A DNA stretch of 64,000 nucleotides from Candidatus Eiseniibacteriota bacterium (GTDB lineage Bacteria; Eisenbacteria; RBG-16-71-46), in contig JBBRLX010000014.1 of NCBI GenBank assembly GCA_038231135.1, positions 1-64,000 on the forward strand, written 5' to 3'. The position numbers and the translations under genes are program-made. The first letter of the stretch is position 1. Each line of letters starts with the position of its first letter. Shown one piece after another: positions 29,711-41,100 of the stretch. The notes beneath the pieces are model-generated. The model was given only the letters and a program-made list of their open reading frames with translations, was not told the origin of the DNA and made no database searches.

Positions 29711-31057
29711 TCAGTGGAGGTTGGAGGCGACACCGGAGGCGCGGGCCATGGCCACGTGCGCGGAGGCGATCGCGAACCGGGCATCGATGTCGGCGTCGCG
29801 GGCGCGCACCAGCGATGACTCGGCGTTGACGAGCTCGAGGCTGCCGGCGAGGCCGCCACGGAACCGGGCGCGCGCCTGGTCGAGCTCCTGGGCGGCGAGC
29901 TCCAGCCGCTCGGCGGCCACGACCTGCTGGCCGCGGCCGGACGCGAGGTCGAGCAGGGCACCGTTCACGTCGGCCGACACCTGCTGCTCCAGGTCCTCCG
30001 CCCGCACTTCCGACTCACGCAGCACCAGATCCTGCTCGGCGAGGCGCTGTTCCCGCCGCAGGCCATCGAGGATCGGCACGTTCCACGCCACGCTCATCTC
30101 ACGGGTGGCGATGGAATTCGAAACGTCGGTGCCGCTCGCACCGTAATCGGCCGCGGCGTCGATATGACCGGCGCGCTCCCAGCGGATCGCGCTGCGATCG
30201 GCGCGCGCGCGCGCCAGCCGCGTGCGCTCCACCGCCAGATCGGGCCGGTGCGACATCGCAAACGCCACGGCGCTGGTGGCCGCGCCGGGCGCGTCGCTCG
30301 CGCCGAGTTCCGCCGACAGCGTGTCCGCGAGTTCGAGCGGCTCCTGGGGCGGCAGGGCGAGCGTGCGCGCCAGGTCGATGATCGCGCGGTCGAACTGGTT
30401 GCGTGCGACGAGCAGTGCGCCCTCCGCCGCGACGAGTTGGGTGCGTGCCCGCGTGGCCTCGATCTTCGGCGTGGTGCCGGCGCGCTCCTGGGCGTCGGCC
30501 AGCTCGACCAGCTGGCCGGCCACGGTGGAGTCGGCGGCGCGGGCGCCGACGACCGCGCGCGCACGCACGGCCCTTAGATAGGCGTTCGCCGCGTTTTGGG
30601 CCGACAGCTCGGACGCCGACGTCCGCTCGGCGTGCGCCTGGTCGACCGCACGGCGCGCGGCGCCCAGCCGCGCCCAGCTCGCGGGGTCGAACACCGTCTG
30701 GGTCAGGCGCAGGCGCGCGTCGAACAGGTCCACCGGTCCCTGCAGATCCGCGAGCCCCGGCGCGCCCGGCGCCGTGGGAAAGCGGATGCCGAACGACTTC
30801 AGGTTGAACGTGCGATTCGAGAACATCGTCGAACCGGACAGTGTCGGCAGCAGCGAGCCGAACGACTGGCTCGACCGGCTGCGCGCCTCGCGCTCGTGCA
30901 GGTCCGCCAGCGTGACGGACGCGGTGCCGCCGGTCGCGCGCGCCACGGCTTCGGCCAGCGTCAGCCGGAGCACGGTGTCCGGTCCGGCGTGAGCGGCCCC
31001 CGCGACCCATCCGCACAGCAGCACGGCGCCTCCGATGCGGAGCAGCGCATCACGCAT
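29711..31057 (-). CDS. TolC-family outer membrane efflux protein
   Basis: Signal peptide, LTLAEAV start, two helical OEP-type repeats; position between TetR and EmrA. Confidence 0.85.
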   Translation of the reverse strand: MRDALLRIGGAVLLCGWVAGAAHAGPDTVLRLTLAEAVARATGGTASVTLADLHEREARSRSSQSFGSLLPTLSGSTMFSNRTFNLKSFGIRFPTAPGAPGLADLQGPVDLFDARLRLTQTVFDPASWARLGAARRAVDQAHAERTSASELSAQNAANAYLRAVRARAVVGARAADSTVAGQLVELADAQERAGTTPKIEATRARTQLVAAEGALLVARNQFDRAIIDLARTLALPPQEPLELADTLSAELGASDAPGAATSAVAFAMSHRPDLAVERTRLARARADRSAIRWERAGHIDAAADYGASGTDVSNSIATREMSVAWNVPILDGLRREQRLAEQDLVLRESEVRAEDLEQQVSADVNGALLDLASGRGQQVVAAERLELAAQELDQARARFRGGLAGSLELVNAESSLVRARDADIDARFAIASAHVAMARASGVASNLH

Positions 31058-31754
31058 GCTCGGCCCCCACGGGTTGGGCGGCGATTCCGCGCAGAAACGT
31101 GTCGATCCAGTTTTCGACGTAATCCGCCGGACTGAACGCGAGCTGCACGGATTTCATGAACGAGTGCTTCCACAGCGACGCCATCAGCATCGGCGCGATC
31201 GCGATGTAGACGGTCTGAGGCACGTCGACGGGCCGGAACTCGCCCGAATCGACGCCGCGCTGGATGGCGACCTCCAGTGTGGCGTTCGACCGGGTGATGA
31301 TCTCGTCGTGATACCAGCGCGCGAGATCGGGGAAGTTGCCGGCCTCGGAGATCAGCAGCTTGGAGATGCCGCTCGTCGTCGAATTGAAGAACCGGTCCCA
31401 GCGCAATCGCAGCAGCTCTTTCACCAGTTCCGTCGCCGAACCCGCATGCCGGCGAAGCAGCTCCTCGGCCGCCGTCATGGTCGGAACCAGATGATGACGG
31501 GTCATCGCCTTGAACAACGCTTCCTTGTTCTCGAAGTATAGGTACAGCGTCGCCTTGCTCACGCCCGCGCGCCGGCCGATGTCGTCGAGCCGGGCCGAGG
31601 CATAGCCGCGCTCCACGAATTCCATCAATGCAGCGTCGAGGATCTCAGATGGTCGGGCATCCTTGCGGCGTCGCCAGCGGGGGGCAGCCGAGCCACCGCC
31701 GGACTCACCCCGGGGGGCGACGACATGTACCGGAATCAGATTGGGCTTTCTCAT
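31050..31754 (-). CDS. TetR/AcrR-family transcriptional regulator
   Basis: EILDAALMEFVERGY...IGRRAGVSKATLYLYFENKEALF; AAGGAG RBS. Confidence 0.93.
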   Translation of the reverse strand: MRKPNLIPVHVVAPRGESGGGSAAPRWRRRKDARPSEILDAALMEFVERGYASARLDDIGRRAGVSKATLYLYFENKEALFKAMTRHHLVPTMTAAEELLRRHAGSATELVKELLRLRWDRFFNSTTSGISKLLISEAGNFPDLARWYHDEIITRSNATLEVAIQRGVDSGEFRPVDVPQTVYIAIAPMLMASLWKHSFMKSVQLAFSPADYVENWIDTFLRGIAAQPVGAEHA

Positions 31755-31767
31755 GAACTCCTTCAGA

Positions 31768-31808
31768 TAACTTACCCGCAGGTTAGATGCAAATAACTTT
31801 CAAGTCAA
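31768..31808 (-). promoter_or_regulatory. Sigma70 promoter with overlapping TetR-type operator
   Basis: Minus strand TTGACT-N17-TAACCT; imperfect palindrome TAACCTGCGGGTAAGTTA starts at the -10. Confidence 0.7.
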
Positions 31809-31854
31809 TTAAATCAGCGCATGAAAGGGCGTCGAGGCGAAGGGGGCGGGGGAG

Positions 31855-32379
31855 CTAGTTGCGGGCGGGGAGCATGCGGACGTGGGTGTCGCGCACCCGC
31901 GCCTTGTTCACGAACAGCACGCCGATGCGAGTGCGCAGCGGGAAGAAGTCCTGCGGTCCGTTCAGAAAATCCGACGCCCGGTGGATGCCGTTCGGTGGCT
32001 CGAGCTGGATCAGGCCGTCGATCTGCCGGCCGTCGTTGAACGTCACATGCACCGATTCCTCACGCGTCAACCCGATCACGGGCGGGCTGATCAGCGGCGG
32101 TTCCACTCCCAGGCCCGCCATCGCCCAGTCGATGTTCACGCGCGTGATCAGCAGCACGTCCATCGCCTCATCGAGGATGAACGGAATCGTCCGCAACGGC
32201 CCGTTGAGCAGGTCGAGAATCGTTTCGGGGCCGGGCCTCAGCGGCGTGGACCGGGACAGCGAGAAGATGCCGTCGATCGGATCCTGTCCCGGCAGGCAGA
32301 CACGGACCGCGGCCCGCAGCTTGTCCACGTATTCCGGGCTGGTTGCCAGCCGGCTCGCACGCTGTGGTTCGGAGCTCAC
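31855..32379 (-). CDS. Hypothetical protein with an internal two-fold repeat (DUF6812-like)
   Basis: Two halves: IDG...DLLNG..TIPF..LLITRVNI and IDG...DFLNG..FFPL..LFVNKARV. Confidence 0.65.
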   Translation of the reverse strand: MSSEPQRASRLATSPEYVDKLRAAVRVCLPGQDPIDGIFSLSRSTPLRPGPETILDLLNGPLRTIPFILDEAMDVLLITRVNIDWAMAGLGVEPPLISPPVIGLTREESVHVTFNDGRQIDGLIQLEPPNGIHRASDFLNGPQDFFPLRTRIGVLFVNKARVRDTHVRMLPARN

Positions 32380-32816
32380 GTAACGCCTCGTCTCGAGAAC
32401 AGGGGTCTTCGCGTTCCGAGGCCTCGCCTGGGGACGCGTCCACCGGACCGTTCATGGTCCGCCGAGCGAAGGAACGACTCCGTGGAGTGCAGGCCCCCGG
32501 TCCCATCGCTCTCCGCTGGCGGACCACGAATAATCCGGCAGACGGGCGAGTGGGCGTCCGACATGCTCGAAGGATGCGTGCAGCAGAGGAGTACGAGGGA
32601 TCTACAAGGCCAGAATCATGCCATCCGGCCGACACATACGTCAGGAATCGTAAGCTCGCCGGGTGCATGCGATTCGACGGAAGCATGCTTTCCGGCGTTC
32701 GCGCCTGTTCTTCGTTGAAACGCGCGAGCCCGAATATGAATTCCGGTCCAACCCGCAGTCACAACGGAGAGTACGAACCGCACGCCGAATTCGACGTGTT
32801 GGCGGATCCAGCCACC

Positions 32817-33743
32817 TCAGCGCAATGCTCGATGCAAGAAAACCACCGTCCGCGGCCAGGCCTGGCGAGTAGCGGTCAGATTTGCGCCGTTACGGTCGTC
32901 CTGCGCCCGCAGGAATCCGTGCCCGGCGCCGGCGAATACGTGCGACTCGAAGCTCTGGCCATGCCCGGACAGCGCGGCCCGGGCCGGCTCGAGGGTCGAT
33001 GTCACACGCGCGTCGTCGCCGCCGTAGAACGCGAGCACCGGCACCCGGATCTCGGCGAGCGTCGCGCTATCGGGCGCGACGCCGTAGTACACCACGGCGG
33101 CGGCGAGCGGCGGAGCCGACGTCGCGTAGGAGAAGCTCTGGCCGCCTCCCCAGCAGAACCCCAGCGTGGCCACGCGACCGTTCGTGGCCGGCAGGCGGGC
33201 CGCGAAGTCTCGCACGGCATCCAGCCGCGCACGGGCTTCGTCCGGTGTGAGCTTGCGCACCAGCGCCACCACGTCGTCGCGGCCCGGCACCGACTCGGTG
33301 CCGCCGCCATTGGGGCCGAGCCCCGAGATCAGATTGGGCACCACCGCGATCATGCCCTCGGCCGCGAGCTGGTCGGCGACGCCGCGGACCCAGTCGCTGA
33401 GCCCGTAGACCTCGTGGATCACGAGCACGACGCCGGCCTTGCCGGGACGTTCGGGATACATCACCCAGGTGCGGATGGGCGTGCCGCCGGAGGCGAGCGG
33501 GATGTCGACATACTCGCCGTGGCGCGGCGAGTGGTCGAGCGCGTCCTTGGCCGTGACTTCGGACGCCGGCAGCCGCCGGCTGCCCGCCGAGGGCGCCGGC
33601 GTGCTGGCGCACGCGCAGCACAGCGCGACGAGTGCGATCGCGAGCGGGGCGAACGCCCGCGGCACGAGACGTCGTGAGGGCGCCGGGGGCGACGGGAGGT
33701 TCGAAGTGGACGGGTGGAATTCATTCCAGAGGCTCATGAACAA
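32817..33743 (-). CDS. Dienelactone hydrolase family protein, exported (start uncertain)
   Basis: VIHEVYGL, GFCWGG, YYG, GAGHGF; hydrophobic leader. Confidence 0.88.
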   Translation of the reverse strand: MFMSLWNEFHPSTSNLPSPPAPSRRLVPRAFAPLAIALVALCCACASTPAPSAGSRRLPASEVTAKDALDHSPRHGEYVDIPLASGGTPIRTWVMYPERPGKAGVVLVIHEVYGLSDWVRGVADQLAAEGMIAVVPNLISGLGPNGGGTESVPGRDDVVALVRKLTPDEARARLDAVRDFAARLPATNGRVATLGFCWGGGQSFSYATSAPPLAAAVVYYGVAPDSATLAEIRVPVLAFYGGDDARVTSTLEPARAALSGHGQSFESHVFAGAGHGFLRAQDDRNGANLTATRQAWPRTVVFLHRALR

Positions 33744-33874
33744 CTCCTGTTCTGGGGTCGCGTTGGGGCGCGTTCGTACGAACCCGTGTTTCGCCGAATG
33801 GCGGATGCGCTATGCTCCGCCGTCTCATCGACCGGTCCAAACACCCCAGCCGGCGCCGCCGGATCGGAGCTTCC

Positions 33875-36607
33875 ATGAGTCTGCCACGCCGCACGGTTGC
33901 CGCGCTCGCAATCGCCGGTGTCGTCGCCTGGGTGGCGGTCGCCGCCTCGACATCGGCCGCCGCCCCGCTCGCCGCAGCCACCACCGGCGCCGCGACCACC
34001 GCCGCTACTGCCCCCGTCTCCGCCTCGCCCGACGTCTCGCCGCCGCGGCTCTCGCACGACGTAGTGCCGACCTCGCAGGCCGTGGAACTCACGCTCGACC
34101 CCGAGCAGGACCACTACGACGGGCGCGTGCGGATCGCGCTGTCCGTGATGGTGCCCACGACCGAGCTGCGGTTCCACGCGCGCGCCATGACGCTCGACAC
34201 CGTCACCATGCGCGGCCCGGCGGGTCCGGTTCCGGTGGCCGGCGTCGAGCGCATCGCGCCCGATCAGGCCCGCGTGCGATTCGCGGCAGCGCTCGCTCCG
34301 GGCGACTATCACCTGACGATCGTGTTCCACAACGCCTACAACACTCGCGCGGTCGCGCTCTATCGCGTCGTTACCGGCGGCCACGGCTACCTGTTCACAC
34401 AGTTCGAAGACACCGAAGCCCGCGAGGCATTTCCGTGCTGGGATGAACCTGAATTCAAGATCCCGTGGACGGTGTCGCTCGCGGTGCCGGCGGCCGACCT
34501 GGCCGTGGGGAACACGACGATCGCGCGCGAGACGCGGCTCGGCGACCGGAAACGCGTGGAGTTCAAGGGCACGAAGCCGCTGCCGTCCTATCTGATCGCG
34601 ATCGCGGTCGGCCCGTTCGAGACCGTGCCAATCCCGGGGATGGGCGTGCCGGGCCGCGTGATCACCGTGGAGGGCGCGAGCGCCATGGCGCACGAGGCGG
34701 CGATGGCGGCGGGACCGATCATCCGGTCGCTCGAGCGCTACTTCGGCCGTCCGTATCCCTACGAGAAGCTCGACCTGATCGCGGCGCCCGAGTTCCAGTA
34801 CGGAGCGATGGAGAACGCCGGCGCCATCGTGTTCGCCGACCGCCGGCTGCTCATCGACCCGCGCTCCGTGGATCCCGACCTGCGGCGGTCGATCACCAGC
34901 GTCATCGCGCACGAGATGGCGCACCAGTGGTTCGGCGATCTCGTGACCATGAAGTGGTGGGACGACCTGTGGCTCAACGAGTCGTTCGCGAGCTGGATGG
35001 CGACCAAGGTGATGGACGACGTGTACCCCGACACGCACGGCGGCGTCACCGCGTTGTTCTCGGTGAATCGCGCGCTGGCGATCGATTCGCGGTCCTCGAC
35101 GCGCGCGATGCGCGAGAAGATCACGGGCTCGACGACCCTCGGGCAGACCGCGAACGAACTGACCTACGACAAGGGCCAGGCCGTGCTCACGATGTTCGAG
35201 GGCTGGCTCGGCTATTCGAAGTTCCGCGCTGGCGTGCTCGACTATCTCGCCGCGCACGAGTGGAGGAACGCCGAAGGCAGCGACCTGTGGCGGGCGATGG
35301 GCCGGGTGTCGGGCGACGACATCGACGCCGCGATGTCGAGCTTCCTCGATCAGCCCGGCGTGCCGCTCGTCACCATCGAGCCGCTGCCCGCGGGGCGGCT
35401 CAAGATCGCGCAGCGGCGGTTTTTCACCTCGGGCGATGCCGCGGGCCACGCGCTGTGGCGGATTCCCGTGATTCTGCGCACGCCCGGCCGCGACAGCGTT
35501 CTCACGCACCGCCTGTGGCTCACCGGTCCCGACACCACGATCGACCTCGGCACGGGCGCGGCGCCGGCCTGGGTCGAGCCGAATGCGGACGCGCGTGGCT
35601 ACTACCGGTGGCAGGTGCCCGACGCGATGCTGGACGCGCTGGCCGCCGCGAAGCGCTCGCTGACCGTGCGGGAGCGCATCGAGTTGATCGCGAATCTCAC
35701 CGCCCTGCTGCGCGCGGGCCAGTTGCATGGCGACCGTTACCTGGCACTGGTGACGCCGCTCGCCGACGATCCGTCGCCCGAGGTGGTGCGATCCGCAATC
35801 GAATCGTTGAACGGCGTGCGCCTCGCGCTCGAGACCCCGCGGGCGCGCACGCAGCTCGCGACGTACCTTCGCGGCGTGTTCGAGCCCGCGCTGCAGCGGT
35901 TCGGCATGCGCCCGCAGCCGCGCGAGGCGTTGGGTGTCACGCTCGTACGCCCGGTGCTGCTGCGGCTGCTCGCCGACGGCGCGGGTGACACGCGGGTGGT
36001 CGCCTACGCGGATTCGCTGGGCCGTGCCTACCGCCGCGATCCCGCCTCGATCCCGGCGTCGCTGGCGGAGACGGCGATTCTGGTCGGCGCGGAGGACGGT
36101 GACCGCGCGGAGTTCGACGACTATCGCCACCGCTTCGAGACCACCCAGGTGCCGAACGAGCGCGTGACGTACCTCGCGGGGCTCGGGCGGTTCCAGGCGC
36201 CCGACCTGCGCAGCGCCGCGCTGGCGTATGCATTGACCGGCCCGATGCGGCCACAGGAGGCGCTCGTCATTCCGGGTTCGATGGCATTGAGCAACCTCGG
36301 ATCCGAAGGCCGCGGCGGCGGCGACTATCCCGACGCGGTCGTGGACTGGGTATTCCAGAACTTCGACGCGCTGCGCGGACGCCTGCCGCCGAACTTCGGC
36401 AGCCGCATCATATTTCTGGGCGGCGGGTGCTCCGAGGAGCGGATCGCCACGCTGCGGAAGTTTTTCGACGATCCGGCGCACAAGGTGCAGGGCGGCGACA
36501 GCACGCTGCGCCGGCTGTCGGCCGCGATCGAGGAATGTTCGAAGCTGAACGCGCGCGAGAGTGCCCGCGTCGAACACTGGCTGCTCGAGCGTTCCAGCCA
36601 TTTCTGA
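33875..36607 (+). CDS. M1 aminopeptidase with ERAP1-like C-terminal domain, secreted
   Basis: TQFE, GAMEN, HEMAHQWFG...WLNE, YDKG; signal peptide. Confidence 0.92.
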   Translation: MSLPRRTVAALAIAGVVAWVAVAASTSAAAPLAAATTGAATTAATAPVSASPDVSPPRLSHDVVPTSQAVELTLDPEQDHYDGRVRIALSVMVPTTELRFHARAMTLDTVTMRGPAGPVPVAGVERIAPDQARVRFAAALAPGDYHLTIVFHNAYNTRAVALYRVVTGGHGYLFTQFEDTEAREAFPCWDEPEFKIPWTVSLAVPAADLAVGNTTIARETRLGDRKRVEFKGTKPLPSYLIAIAVGPFETVPIPGMGVPGRVITVEGASAMAHEAAMAAGPIIRSLERYFGRPYPYEKLDLIAAPEFQYGAMENAGAIVFADRRLLIDPRSVDPDLRRSITSVIAHEMAHQWFGDLVTMKWWDDLWLNESFASWMATKVMDDVYPDTHGGVTALFSVNRALAIDSRSSTRAMREKITGSTTLGQTANELTYDKGQAVLTMFEGWLGYSKFRAGVLDYLAAHEWRNAEGSDLWRAMGRVSGDDIDAAMSSFLDQPGVPLVTIEPLPAGRLKIAQRRFFTSGDAAGHALWRIPVILRTPGRDSVLTHRLWLTGPDTTIDLGTGAAPAWVEPNADARGYYRWQVPDAMLDALAAAKRSLTVRERIELIANLTALLRAGQLHGDRYLALVTPLADDPSPEVVRSAIESLNGVRLALETPRARTQLATYLRGVFEPALQRFGMRPQPREALGVTLVRPVLLRLLADGAGDTRVVAYADSLGRAYRRDPASIPASLAETAILVGAEDGDRAEFDDYRHRFETTQVPNERVTYLAGLGRFQAPDLRSAALAYALTGPMRPQEALVIPGSMALSNLGSEGRGGGDYPDAVVDWVFQNFDALRGRLPPNFGSRIIFLGGGCSEERIATLRKFFDDPAHKVQGGDSTLRRLSAAIEECSKLNARESARVEHWLLERSSHF

Positions 36608-36729
36608 CACGGGCGGTTCGCTGTACGTCACTCGCCCGGGAAAGCCGGGCGCGCTTGCGACGGCGGCCCGGGCCGCTGGTATTCTGAACGTTCGCACCCA
36701 GTTCAACCCTCTCCAGACGGAGCGTCGCC

Positions 36730-37983
36730 ATGCCGCCCACGACCGCACTCCAGACCTCGGTGCTCGAGCGCTTCCTGCGCTACGTCACCGTCGACACCCA
36801 GTCCGCCGAAGGCTCGAGCACCTATCCCAGCACGCTCAAGCAGCTCGTGCTGCTCGACCAGCTCGTCGCCGAGTTGAAGCAGATCGGCCTCGCGGACGCG
36901 GTTCGCGACGAGCACGGCTACGTCATGGCGACGATCCCCGCGACAACGAAGAAGCCGAACGTGCCCGTGATCGGGCTGCTCGCGCACGTCGACACGTCGC
37001 CCGAGATGAGCGGCGCCAACGTGAAGCCGATCGTGCATCGCAACTGGCAGGGTGGCGACGTCGTGCTGCCCGACGACCCGAGCGCCGTGATCCGCCGCGC
37101 CGATTCGCCGGAGTTGGAGCACCAGATCGGCAACGACATCGTGACCGCCTCCGGCACCACGCTGCTCGGCGCCGACAACAAGGCCGGCGTCGCCGAGATC
37201 GTCGCCGCGGCCGAATACCTGATCCAGCATCCCGAGATCAAGCACGGCGCGATCCGCATTGGCTTCACGCCCGACGAGGAGGTCGGCGGCGGCACCACGC
37301 ATTTCGACGTGAAGAAGTTCGGCGCGTTCTGCGGCTATACGATGGACGGCAGCGGCCGCGGCGAGCTGGAGATCGAGACGTTCTCGGCCGACGCGATGAC
37401 GTTCACGTTCCAGGGCGTGAATACGCACCCCGGGTTCGCCAGGGACCGCATGGTGAACTCGATCAAGGTCGCCGCGGAGTTCATCAGCCGGCTGCCGAAG
37501 GACCAGGCGCCCGAGTCGACCTCGGGTCGCGAGGGGTTCGTGCATCCCTACGTGGTGAACGCGTCCGTCGATCAAACCTCGGTGCGGTTCCTGATCCGCG
37601 ACTTCGACACGGCGAAGCTGAAGCAAAAGGAAGCGCTGCTCGAGACGCTGGCGCGCGACGCGGCCGCCACGTGGCCGGGTGTGAAGCTGTCGTTCAAGGT
37701 CGAGGAGTCGTACCGCAACATGAAGGAAGTGCTCGATCAGCATCCGCAGATCGCGGAGCACGCGCGCGAGGCGATTCGCCGTGCCGGCATCGAGCCGCGG
37801 GAGTCCGCGATCCGCGGTGGCACCGACGGCTCGCGGCTGAGCTTCATGGGCCTGCCCACGCCGAACATCTTCGCCGGCGAGCAGAACTTCCATTCGCGCT
37901 TCGAATGGGTGTCGGCGCAGGACATGGAGAAGGCGGTCGAGGTGATCGTGCTCCTCGCGCAGGTGTGGGAGGAGAAGGCCTGA
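36730..37983 (+). CDS. pepT: Peptidase T (tripeptide aminopeptidase)
   Basis: AHVDTS, LLGADNKAG, TPDEEVG, IRGGTDG, NFH. Confidence 0.95.
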   Translation: MPPTTALQTSVLERFLRYVTVDTQSAEGSSTYPSTLKQLVLLDQLVAELKQIGLADAVRDEHGYVMATIPATTKKPNVPVIGLLAHVDTSPEMSGANVKPIVHRNWQGGDVVLPDDPSAVIRRADSPELEHQIGNDIVTASGTTLLGADNKAGVAEIVAAAEYLIQHPEIKHGAIRIGFTPDEEVGGGTTHFDVKKFGAFCGYTMDGSGRGELEIETFSADAMTFTFQGVNTHPGFARDRMVNSIKVAAEFISRLPKDQAPESTSGREGFVHPYVVNASVDQTSVRFLIRDFDTAKLKQKEALLETLARDAAATWPGVKLSFKVEESYRNMKEVLDQHPQIAEHAREAIRRAGIEPRESAIRGGTDGSRLSFMGLPTPNIFAGEQNFHSRFEWVSAQDMEKAVEVIVLLAQVWEEKA

Positions 37984-37984
37984 G

Positions 37985-38126
37985 CGGGCTGGCGCTTCGT
38001 CTTCGGCACGACCTCCGGTCGCTTGAGGCGTGCGGGCGCAGATGGTGCCGGGTGTTCACCGGAACGGGTAGTCCGGCGATGAAGGCTCGGGGGCGAAAGC
38101 TACTGACGAAGCTGAATCAGCCGTGA
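37985..38126 (+). pseudogene. Possible C-terminal relic of a HEAT-repeat-like protein
   Basis: FTGTGSPAMKARGRKLLTKLNQP* resembles the TG(S/T)PAM(K/R)ARGRKLL end of a small HEAT-like family (from memory, unverified). Confidence 0.3.
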
Positions 38127-38135
38127 GGCGGCGCT

Positions 38136-41100
38136 CTACACCGCCTCGACCGCCATCCGCGCTTCGACCCCCTCGACGTCGATCGCCTTGCCGTCCTCGC
38201 TCCCCGCGCGGTAGTCGAACGATTCCACGAGGCACTCGGTCGCGATCGTCTGCTCCCAGCGGCGCACGACGCCTAGTAGCGATTCCGGGCCCGCAAGCCG
38301 CAGCGCGATGCGGGCCTCGTATGGCAGGTCCTGATCCTTGCGCTCGGCCTGCACGTGGTGGATCAACTCGCGAATCTGGCCCTCCTCGAGCAGTTCGGGC
38401 GTGAGCTCCGTCGACACCACGACCACGCCACTGCGCCCCGGGCCGGCGGACCAGCCGGGTTTCGCCTCGAGGCGCACGAACACTTCGCTCTGGGCGAGCG
38501 TGACGGCTTCTCCGTCGACCACGACCTCGATCGACCCGTCGGCGGCGAGTTTGCGCCGCACCTCGGCGGGGTCGAGCGCGGCGAGCGCGGCGCCGAGCTT
38601 CGGCAGCCGTTTGCCGAGTTTGGGGCCGAGCAGTTTGAGGTCGGGCTTCACCGAATAGCTCACGTACTTGTCGCCTTCGGTGGTGAACTCGACGCGCTTG
38701 AGATTCAGCTCTTCCATGATCAGCCCGACATGCGTCTGCAGGCGCTCGGCCTGCTCGGCGCGCGACACGATGATCTCGGCGAGCGCGAGCGGCTGGCGCA
38801 CCTTGAGCTTCGCGGCGGTGCGCGCGTTGCGCCCCGCGGACACCAGGTCGCGCACCTGCTCCATGAGCTCCGCGAGCGGCTCGTCGATCAGCGCGCCGTC
38901 GGCGACGGGGAAGTCCGCGAGGTGCACGCTCGCCGGCAGCGCCCCGCGAGTCTCACCGCGGAACCCGGTCCCCGCCAGCGTCTGCCACAGCGTCTCCGCG
39001 AAGAACGGAGTGAACGGCGCGAGCAGCTTGCTCAGCGTGAGCAGGCATTCGTATAGCGTCCCGTACGCGTCCCACTTGTCCTGGGCCTTCTCGGCGCTCC
39101 AGAACCGCGGCCGCGAGCGGCGCACGTACCAGTTGCTGAGCGCGTCGACGAAATCGTTGAGCCGGCGCGCGGCGGGGAAGTTCTCGAACCGGTCGAGGCT
39201 GTCGCGCACGCCACGCACGGTGCGATGCAGCTCGGACACGATCCAGCGGTCCAGTTCCGCGCGCTCGGCCACGGGCCGCGCGTGCGCGCCGGGCTCGAAG
39301 CCGTCGATGTTCCCGTAGATCACGAGGAAGCTGAACACGTTGTACAGCCGCACCAGGAACTCGCGGTGCGCGTCGCGGATGTTCTGCTCCTGGAACCGCA
39401 CGGTGGTCCACGGCACCTGCGCGCTGAAGAAATACCAGCGCATCGCGTCGGCGCCGTATAGATCGAAGATCTGCGACGGCTCGCGATAGTTGCGCAGCCG
39501 CTTAGACATCTTGGCGCCGTCCTCGCCCAGCATGAACCCGAGCACGATGCAGGTGCGGAACGGAATGGGGTAGGCGTGCGGCTGGAGGCCGCCGGGCAGG
39601 GCGGCGGCGCGATGCGCAACGGCCCCCGTCCCGGTCTTCGAATCGGGATCACTGTCGCTGCTCGACGCGGCCTCGCCAGCAGCCGTCTCCGCCGCCGGCC
39701 CGAACAGCAGCGTATGGATCGCGAGCAGCGCATAAAACCAGCCGCGCGTCTGGTCGATGGCCTCGCTGATGAAGTCCGCCGGAAATCGCGACTTGAACAA
39801 CCCGGCGCTGCCCGACACATGCGGATAGCCCCACTGCGCGAACGGCATGCTGCCGGCGTCCCACCACACGTCGATCACGTCGCGAACGCGGCGCATGCGC
39901 GCGCCGGGGGCGAACGGGCTGTCGTAGGTCCACTCGTCGATGTACGGCTTGTGCACACGCAGGTGCTCGGGGAGAGTGGCGTCTGCCGCGAGCTTCCCGT
40001 CCCAGAATCCACCGTCGGTCGCGCCGGGCCTGGACGTCAGTTCCATGAACGAGCCCATCGCCTCCATGCGGTGGGTGCGCTCGCACACCCAGATCGGCAG
40101 CGGCGTGCCCCAGAACCGCTCGCGCGACAACGCCCAGTCGACGTTGTTGCGCAGGAAGTCGCCGAACCGGCCCTCCTTGATGTGCTCGGGCAGCCAGTGC
40201 ATCAGCGCGTTGTTCTTGAGGAACTCGCCCTTGAACTGTGACGTGCGCACGAACCAGCTCATGCGGGCGTACTGGATCAACGGATCGTTCTCGGCACGCG
40301 GCGAGAATGGGTACTCGTGGCGGATCTGTTCCTGGTGATAGAGCAGGTTCCGCTCCTTCAAGTCGCGCGAGATCTCCTTGTCGCACTCCTTGATGAACCG
40401 CCCGCGCCATGCGGCGGGCGCGTCGTCCGAGAACGTGCCGTCGGGCTTCACCGCGCACAGCAGCGGGATCGCGTTGGGGTCCGTAAACCGCTTGCGTTCG
40501 GCCTGCAGCAGCTCGAAGTCGACTTCGCCGAACGCCGGCGCCTCGTGGACGAGGCCGGTGCCGGAATCGAGCGTGACGAATTCGGCCGCAAGCACCCGCC
40601 AGCCGATCGTCGCCTCGCCGCCGGCCGCGAGCTTCGCCTTGCGCTGCGCGAGCGGCGCGCCCTCGGGCAGCGCCGGCAGTAGCGACGTGCGCGCGGCGTA
40701 GATGTCGAACGGCGGCGCGTAGCGCAGCCCCAGCAGCTCCGAACCCTTCAGCGTGCACAGCACCGCCAGCTCGCGCTTCACCTTCTTCGCCACCGAGTCG
40801 ACGAGGCTCGCCGCGATCACGAGCCGCTCGCCGTCCACCGGGTCCTGCACCAGCGCGTAGTCCAGTTCGGGATGCACCACGGCGAAGTGATTGCTGACGA
40901 GCGTCCACGGCGTCGTGGTCCACACGAGCAGGCTGGTGCGCGCGGCGTCGGGCATGCCGGGCGCCGCGGACAGCGTATCGAGCAGCGGAAACTTCACGAA
41001 CACGCTCGGGTCGTCGACGGTGCGATAGCCTTCACCCACCTCGCCCGCCGACAGCGCAGTGCCGCCCTGCGGCCACCACCACACGACCTTGTGGCCCTGG

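Noticed and set aside
38090..38125. Hammerhead-like words GAAA and CTGACGA
   Set aside because: Order and spacing cannot form the three stems.
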